DNA of 64,000 nucleotides from Spirochaetia bacterium (GTDB lineage Bacteria; Spirochaetota; Spirochaetia; SZUA-6; Bin103): positions 576,001-640,000 of the forward strand of contig CBDBOV010000006.1 in the NCBI GenBank assembly GCA_965208575.1, given 5' to 3'. The position numbers and the translations under genes were made by a program. Below are positions 59,878 through 64,000 of the stretch, piece after piece; positions within the stretch are counted from its first letter, which is position 1; each line of letters starts with the position of its first letter. The notes below the pieces were generated by a model. That model was not told where the DNA came from. It saw only the letters and a list, made by a program, of their open reading frames with translations, and made no database searches.

Positions 59878-60184
59878 CCCGCCGGGAGAGTCTGTTTATC
59901 GCTCCGGCGGCCGACTGAGCGATCATGCCGTTCGTGCAAGCGCGTGCATTCGCGCGCAACTCATAAACAGAGAACGAAAACAAGGCACTCAGGACGCCGG
60001 ACCCTGCCTGCGGGACGGGTGCCCTTTCCTGCGCCAGGTGTACGAGTCGCTTAGCGCGCGGCTCGCTACTTCTGTCGCTAGCCCGGACGCCTGCCGGTGG
60101 AAGAGTCCTTCCAACGTGGGTAACTGGGTAATCTACCCTATTTCCCACTTGCCCACCGGGTGAATCGTGTGTTACCCTATTAGC

Positions 60185-60775
60185 ATGGCCAAGACAGAAC
60201 AAGTTCGGGTGGCATTGGACCCAGACGAGCGCTACCGGCTCGACAGGTACGCACGCCGAATGTCAATCAGCCAATCGGAGGCGGTGCGCATTGCCCTGTC
60301 CATGCTGTTCAAGGCTGAGGACGAGTCCGAGTTCCGGCGTCGTCGCTGTCACCGCGAATGGCTGATCGACGCGATCAACCCGACCGACGAGCAACAGAAG
60401 TTGCTCATGGGCGAGTTGCCGATGCCGCCGGAGCCGCCGCACGAAATGCGGTTGGAGCTGGATCGTGACGAGTTGCGCTTCATCATCAAGCAGACGCGGG
60501 CCAACATGGCGGAGCACCCGGAATACCGACGGCCTGACCTGGAGCAGCGGATTGAAACGGCGCAGAATCTTGTAGCAGAAGCGGAAGCGCTGCTTGCCAT
60601 GCGCCAGGCGGATACCACGGGCTACCTGGCGAGCCTCGACACTCCGAGGGAGCCGGGCGTTGTCCATGAATTGCACGCCTTACCCGTGCCGGCAGGCGCG
60701 GACAAGGCGGCCGGCCTGGACTGGTACCGCCGGGTTACGTTGGTTCGCAATAGCCTGGATCTGCTGGAATCATGA
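60185..60775 (+). CDS. Hypothetical protein with N-terminal CopG/RHH domain
   Basis: VRVALD.DE..RLD.YA.RM.ISQSEAVR.AL. Confidence 0.6.
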   Translation: MAKTEQVRVALDPDERYRLDRYARRMSISQSEAVRIALSMLFKAEDESEFRRRRCHREWLIDAINPTDEQQKLLMGELPMPPEPPHEMRLELDRDELRFIIKQTRANMAEHPEYRRPDLEQRIETAQNLVAEAEALLAMRQADTTGYLASLDTPREPGVVHELHALPVPAGADKAAGLDWYRRVTLVRNSLDLLES

Positions 60776-60862
60776 TGTCGCGCCTTGATCGACATCCTCA
60801 AGAGCTATCCCACCGGCCCCTGGGCCGGCGCAGTCATGAAAGAAACAAGGGTGAGCTATAGT

Positions 60863-61065
60863 GTGGGCAGAGTTCTGGGTGGAGCGCGAAAGTAGGCCGG
60901 CGCGTCACTGGCGTTACGTTCTGCGAACCCGTTCAAGAGCTTGGCCCCGGGGCGGGTGGCGTAGTCATTGGTGAGGTTGTCAGCCGGCGCGGCCGGGTGG
61001 CGATCATCCCGTTCAGGAGAATACCTGCTACACACGCCTTGGCCGCACCACTCAGTCGTAGCGGA
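60863..61065 (+). ncRNA. Candidate IS110 bridge RNA
   Basis: TATAGT -10 at 60857-60862; contains GGTGAG (matches left target flank) and TCAGGAG (matches element right end). Confidence 0.55.
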
Positions 61066-61071
61066 GGTTTC

Positions 61072-62460
61072 ATGGCACGACGCAGACACAGACGCAAGGG
61101 CAAGGGCAGTCGCACAGCGCAACCAAAGGTGATGCACCCGGACGCTGCCGGCTTGGACATAGGCGCTACCGAGGTGTACGCGGCTGTGCGCCCGGAGCGC
61201 GACCCGGACCCGATCCGGAACTTTGCTACGTTCACCGCGGACCTGCACGCCTTGGCCGACTGGCTCAAGGAATGCGAGGTCACCACGGTGGCGATGGAGT
61301 CCACCGGTGTGTACTGGATTCCGGTGTATCAGATCCTGGAGGCACACGGCTTCGACGTGGTGCTGGTGAATGCGCGTCACGTGCACTCGGTACCCGGTCG
61401 GAAGTCCGACGTGGCCGACTGCGAGTGGTTGCGCTACCTGCACTCGGTGGGATTGCTGCGCGGCTCATTCCGCCCTGCCGACGAGGTGTGTGCACTGCGC
61501 TCGGTGCTGCGCCATCGCGACACCTTGATCAAGATGGCGTCGCGCAGCGTGTTGCACATGCAGAAGGCGTACAGCCAGATGAACGTGCATCTGCACCATG
61601 CCATCTCTGACCTGACGGGGACGACCGGTCTGGCCATTACGGACGCTATCCTGGCGGGTGAGCGGGATCCGGCGCGGTTGGCCGCTCTGGCCGACCGGCG
61701 GATCAAAGCCAGCCGCGAGACCTTGATCAAGGCGCTGCAGGGCGACTGGCGCGCCGAGCACCTGTTGGCGTTGCGGCACGCGCGAGCGACCTATGCCCAC
61801 TACCAACAACTCATCACGGAGTGCGATCAGGAAATCGAAGCCGGCATCCGCGCGTTCGAAGCCAGCAGCGAGCCACCCGGCGCGGTGGGCGACGACCCAC
61901 CGGATGAGGGAATCGATGCGGAGCCCGAGGCGCCAACCGAGTCACCGGCCAAGCGGTTCGACCTGCGCGGCCACCTTACGCACCTGTTCGGCACTGACCT
62001 GACGCTGATTCCCGGCATCGGCGAAAGTACGGCGCTGGTTCTGTTCACCGAACTCGGCCCGGAACTGTCCCGCTTTCCGACCGCACCGCAATTCGCCTCC
62101 TGGCTGCACCTGTGCCCCCACAACCAGATCACCGGCGGCAAGATCATCAGCTCGCACACCGGTCGGGGCACCAATCGGGCCGCCCAGGCGCTGCACTGGG
62201 CGACCCAGTCGTTGTACCGCAGCCCATCGGCCCTGGGCCAGCACTTCCGCCGCATGCGGGCGCGTCTGGGTACTCCCGAAGCGACCACTGCAGTCGCGCA
62301 TAAACTGGCTCGGATCATCTACCATCTGATCACGCATCGCGTGGCCTACGATGACAGCATCCTCGCCGCCGAGGAGCGCCAGGACCGGCGCCGCTTTGAA
62401 CGCCGGCTCCGAAGGCAGGCACACGCACTCGGTTATGAGCTTGTCCCGGAGGCCGCCTGA
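61072..62460 (+). CDS. IS110 transposase/recombinase (DEDD RuvC-like plus Tnp domain)
   Basis: AGLDIG, AMESTGVYW, RKSDVADC, IPGIG, FASWL.LCP, A.TAVAHKLAR; GGAGG RBS. Confidence 0.95.
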   Translation: MARRRHRRKGKGSRTAQPKVMHPDAAGLDIGATEVYAAVRPERDPDPIRNFATFTADLHALADWLKECEVTTVAMESTGVYWIPVYQILEAHGFDVVLVNARHVHSVPGRKSDVADCEWLRYLHSVGLLRGSFRPADEVCALRSVLRHRDTLIKMASRSVLHMQKAYSQMNVHLHHAISDLTGTTGLAITDAILAGERDPARLAALADRRIKASRETLIKALQGDWRAEHLLALRHARATYAHYQQLITECDQEIEAGIRAFEASSEPPGAVGDDPPDEGIDAEPEAPTESPAKRFDLRGHLTHLFGTDLTLIPGIGESTALVLFTELGPELSRFPTAPQFASWLHLCPHNQITGGKIISSHTGRGTNRAAQALHWATQSLYRSPSALGQHFRRMRARLGTPEATTAVAHKLARIIYHLITHRVAYDDSILAAEERQDRRRFERRLRRQAHALGYELVPEAA

Positions 62461-62608
62461 TTGTTGTTTCTCAGGAGTGCCGTCATTCCACCGCTGGTCC
62501 GGTCACGACTCTGTATCCCTTTGTTCAGAAGGGCTTCGTCAAGGGTGAGATGATGAGACGCACAAGGTGCTACCCAAATCTCGGCATCACGAATGAGGAG
62601 ATTCTACC

Positions 62609-62803
62609 GTGAGAGTCCTGTTGACCCTGACCGTGTTGGTACTAGCCATAGCCATTCTGTTCCTGCTGTTCCTGGTGGCTCTGCTGTGGCGGCGCCAAGG
62701 CGAGTCGTCAAACAACCGCTTCTTCTTGAAGGTTGAAGCGGGGCCGCATGGCAGTTCCCCACCGTCTGCGCGGGTGACTCGTCTTGAGGAAGAGCAGTCA
62801 TGA
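62609..62803 (+). CDS. Small membrane protein
   Basis: GAGGAG RBS; one long hydrophobic helix. Confidence 0.4.
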   Translation: MRVLLTLTVLVLAIAILFLLFLVALLWRRQGESSNNRFFLKVEAGPHGSSPPSARVTRLEEEQS

Positions 62804-62869
62804 GGGGATCCAGGATTCGATCCGGCTGCCGGTAGGCCCCGTGCCATCCGTTTGATAAATGGGGACAGC

Positions 62870-63151
62870 TTACTGGATGCTGTCAAACTGGATCCGCAGC
62901 CGAGTTTCCGTTGCCCGCGCGACCTTCTCCAGCGTCCGCGTGGACGGTGGTGTGCGACCGCTCTCCAACCGCGCAACCGCCGACTGCGTCGTCTTCATCC
63001 GCGCGGCCAGCTCCGCCTGGGTCAGGCCCGCGCGTGTGCGCGCCTCGATTAGCGCACGTGCCACCTCGTATTCCGGCCCCAGTTGTTCGTACGCCTCGCG
63101 ATAGTCGGGATCTCGGCTCCACTGTTTGTGCAGTTCGGCAAGCTTGCTCAT
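62870..63151 (-). CDS. HigA-like HTH (Xre) antitoxin
   Basis: DPDYREAYE..ARTRAGLTQAELA....TQSAVARLESG; GGAGG RBS. Confidence 0.88.
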   Translation of the reverse strand: MSKLAELHKQWSRDPDYREAYEQLGPEYEVARALIEARTRAGLTQAELAARMKTTQSAVARLESGRTPPSTRTLEKVARATETRLRIQFDSIQ

Positions 63152-63454
63152 TACGATACCTCCCCGGCGCGTCGTAGCGCCACCTCGATCTCTCGCCGCG
63201 GCGTCCCTCCGGTCTTCTTCGCGAACACCCGCACCACCACGACCCTCCGATGCTTCACGGTGACACACAGCGCCCGCGCGATGCCGTGCCGACCGCTGAA
63301 GCGCCTTTTCCAGCGGTCCGGTCAGGTGTCTGACATGCGGCACGCCGACCCGCTCCAGGCCGACCGTCGCGATCAACTCGCCGATGTGAGCAAACCGCAC
63401 GCGCATGTCGGCCGGCAACACGTCGACGTGCCATCACAGGGGCATTAGGGTCAT
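63151..63454 (-). pseudogene. RelE/HigB (Gp49-like) toxin, frameshifted
   Basis: LPADMRVRF..GLERVG.PHVRHL.GPL then, in another frame, GIARAL..VVVRVFAKKT..TPRREIE.A. Confidence 0.75.
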
Positions 63455-63541
63455 CTATATCAAGCGCTTGACGTATGTGTTGAAGACGAAAAGAGACCGC
63501 TATTCGTACCCACAATCCCCGCGTCTCCAGGGTTAGACAGC

Positions 63542-64000
63542 TCACCATCCAGCGCCATTTCTGGCGTCTCGTTTCTCACGATTACGCCCGCGGTTGCCCA
63601 AAACCGGGACGTAGCCTCCTGCGCCGCCTAGTTTCATATCATGCCTATCAGACTCCTGCAAGAGAGCGTCCTCTGCTACATCTGCATGTTTTTCGGTAGC
63701 TTTTACAAGTCGAGCTGTCTCCTCGGCCTGGCGTCTGAGCTCCGCCTGCTGCGACTCGAGAGCCCTCGTGTTGACTCGTATTTCCTGTCCGTATTGAAAA
63801 TATCCGATCACGATCCATCCGAGAGCCAGAGGAGCGGTTACTCCGGCAAGAAAATCTCCCCATTCATTCAGAGTCATTCCCGGGATGTCACTCCTCCTAA
63901 GGAGTATGAAGAACAGTATGATGGCGAGCCATACGGTGGTTCCGGCAATGCCTGCGGCTGTGAGACGACGAGTTCGGACAGAGTTCTTCGAGCTAGCGTG
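63542..64000 (-). CDS. Hypothetical membrane protein with coiled coil; 5' end outside the window
   Basis: LNEWGDFLAG..APLA..W...GY..Q...EL; hydrophobic open frame continues towards the window edge. Confidence 0.6.
   Translation of the reverse strand, partial: HASSKNSVRTRRLTAAGIAGTTVWLAIILFFILLRRSDIPGMTLNEWGDFLAGVTAPLALGWIVIGYFQYGQEIRVNTRALESQQAELRRQAEETARLVKATEKHADVAEDALLQESDRHDMKLGGAGGYVPVLGNRGRNREKRDARNGAGW

Larger units (their letters stand above)
60856..62477 (+). mobile_element. IS110-family element
   Basis: Transposase plus a 216-bp left non-coding end; GAG core at 60853-60855 and 62475-62477; boundaries inferred. Confidence 0.75.

Noticed and set aside
60846-62549. 10-bp direct repeat CAAGGGTGAG as the IS110 target-site duplication
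   Set aside because: IS110 elements do not normally create TSDs, and the internal TCAGGAG match favours a right end at 62477; the second copy may be another target-like site. Not fully excluded
62870-63421. 183-aa toxin-antitoxin fusion protein
   Set aside because: Produced by the toxin frameshift; the antitoxin has its own RBS and ATG at 63151
1-64000. rRNA, tRNA, prophage structural genes, integron or retron
   Set aside because: No such sequences, integrase, attC-like array or reverse transcriptase were recognised by eye; a dedicated scan was not possible

Overview
High-GC bacterial accessory region. The solute-binding proteins start with 'LWAGGEEE/WASGEQD'-type signal peptides, which suggests Spirochaetota; that assignment and a host-associated lifestyle are inferences. 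Transport and catabolic genes: four family-5 (Dpp/Opp) solute-binding protein loci, an AapJQMP amino-acid ABC operon, a sugar ABC operon, sulfatases, two near-identical aldo-keto reductases, a thiolase/DUF35 pair and two CRTAC1/ASPIC-UnbV proteins. These are interleaved with about nine toxin-antitoxin modules (several with broken toxins), an AbiEi-nucleotidyltransferase-restriction endonuclease operon, an ISAs1 with a 10-bp TSD, an IS110 with a candidate bridge-RNA region, two Rpn/PD-(D/E)XK cassettes and many gene scars. The most unusual object is a two-copy, 2.3-2.4-kb DUF222-like/HNH endonuclease element. It has conserved non-coding flanks and, inside its ORF, an 81-bp-periodic array of TTCG-N4-CGAA palindromes that looks conserved at the DNA level. 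No rRNA, tRNA or CRISPR array was seen. All family assignments come from motif recognition by eye, not database searches.
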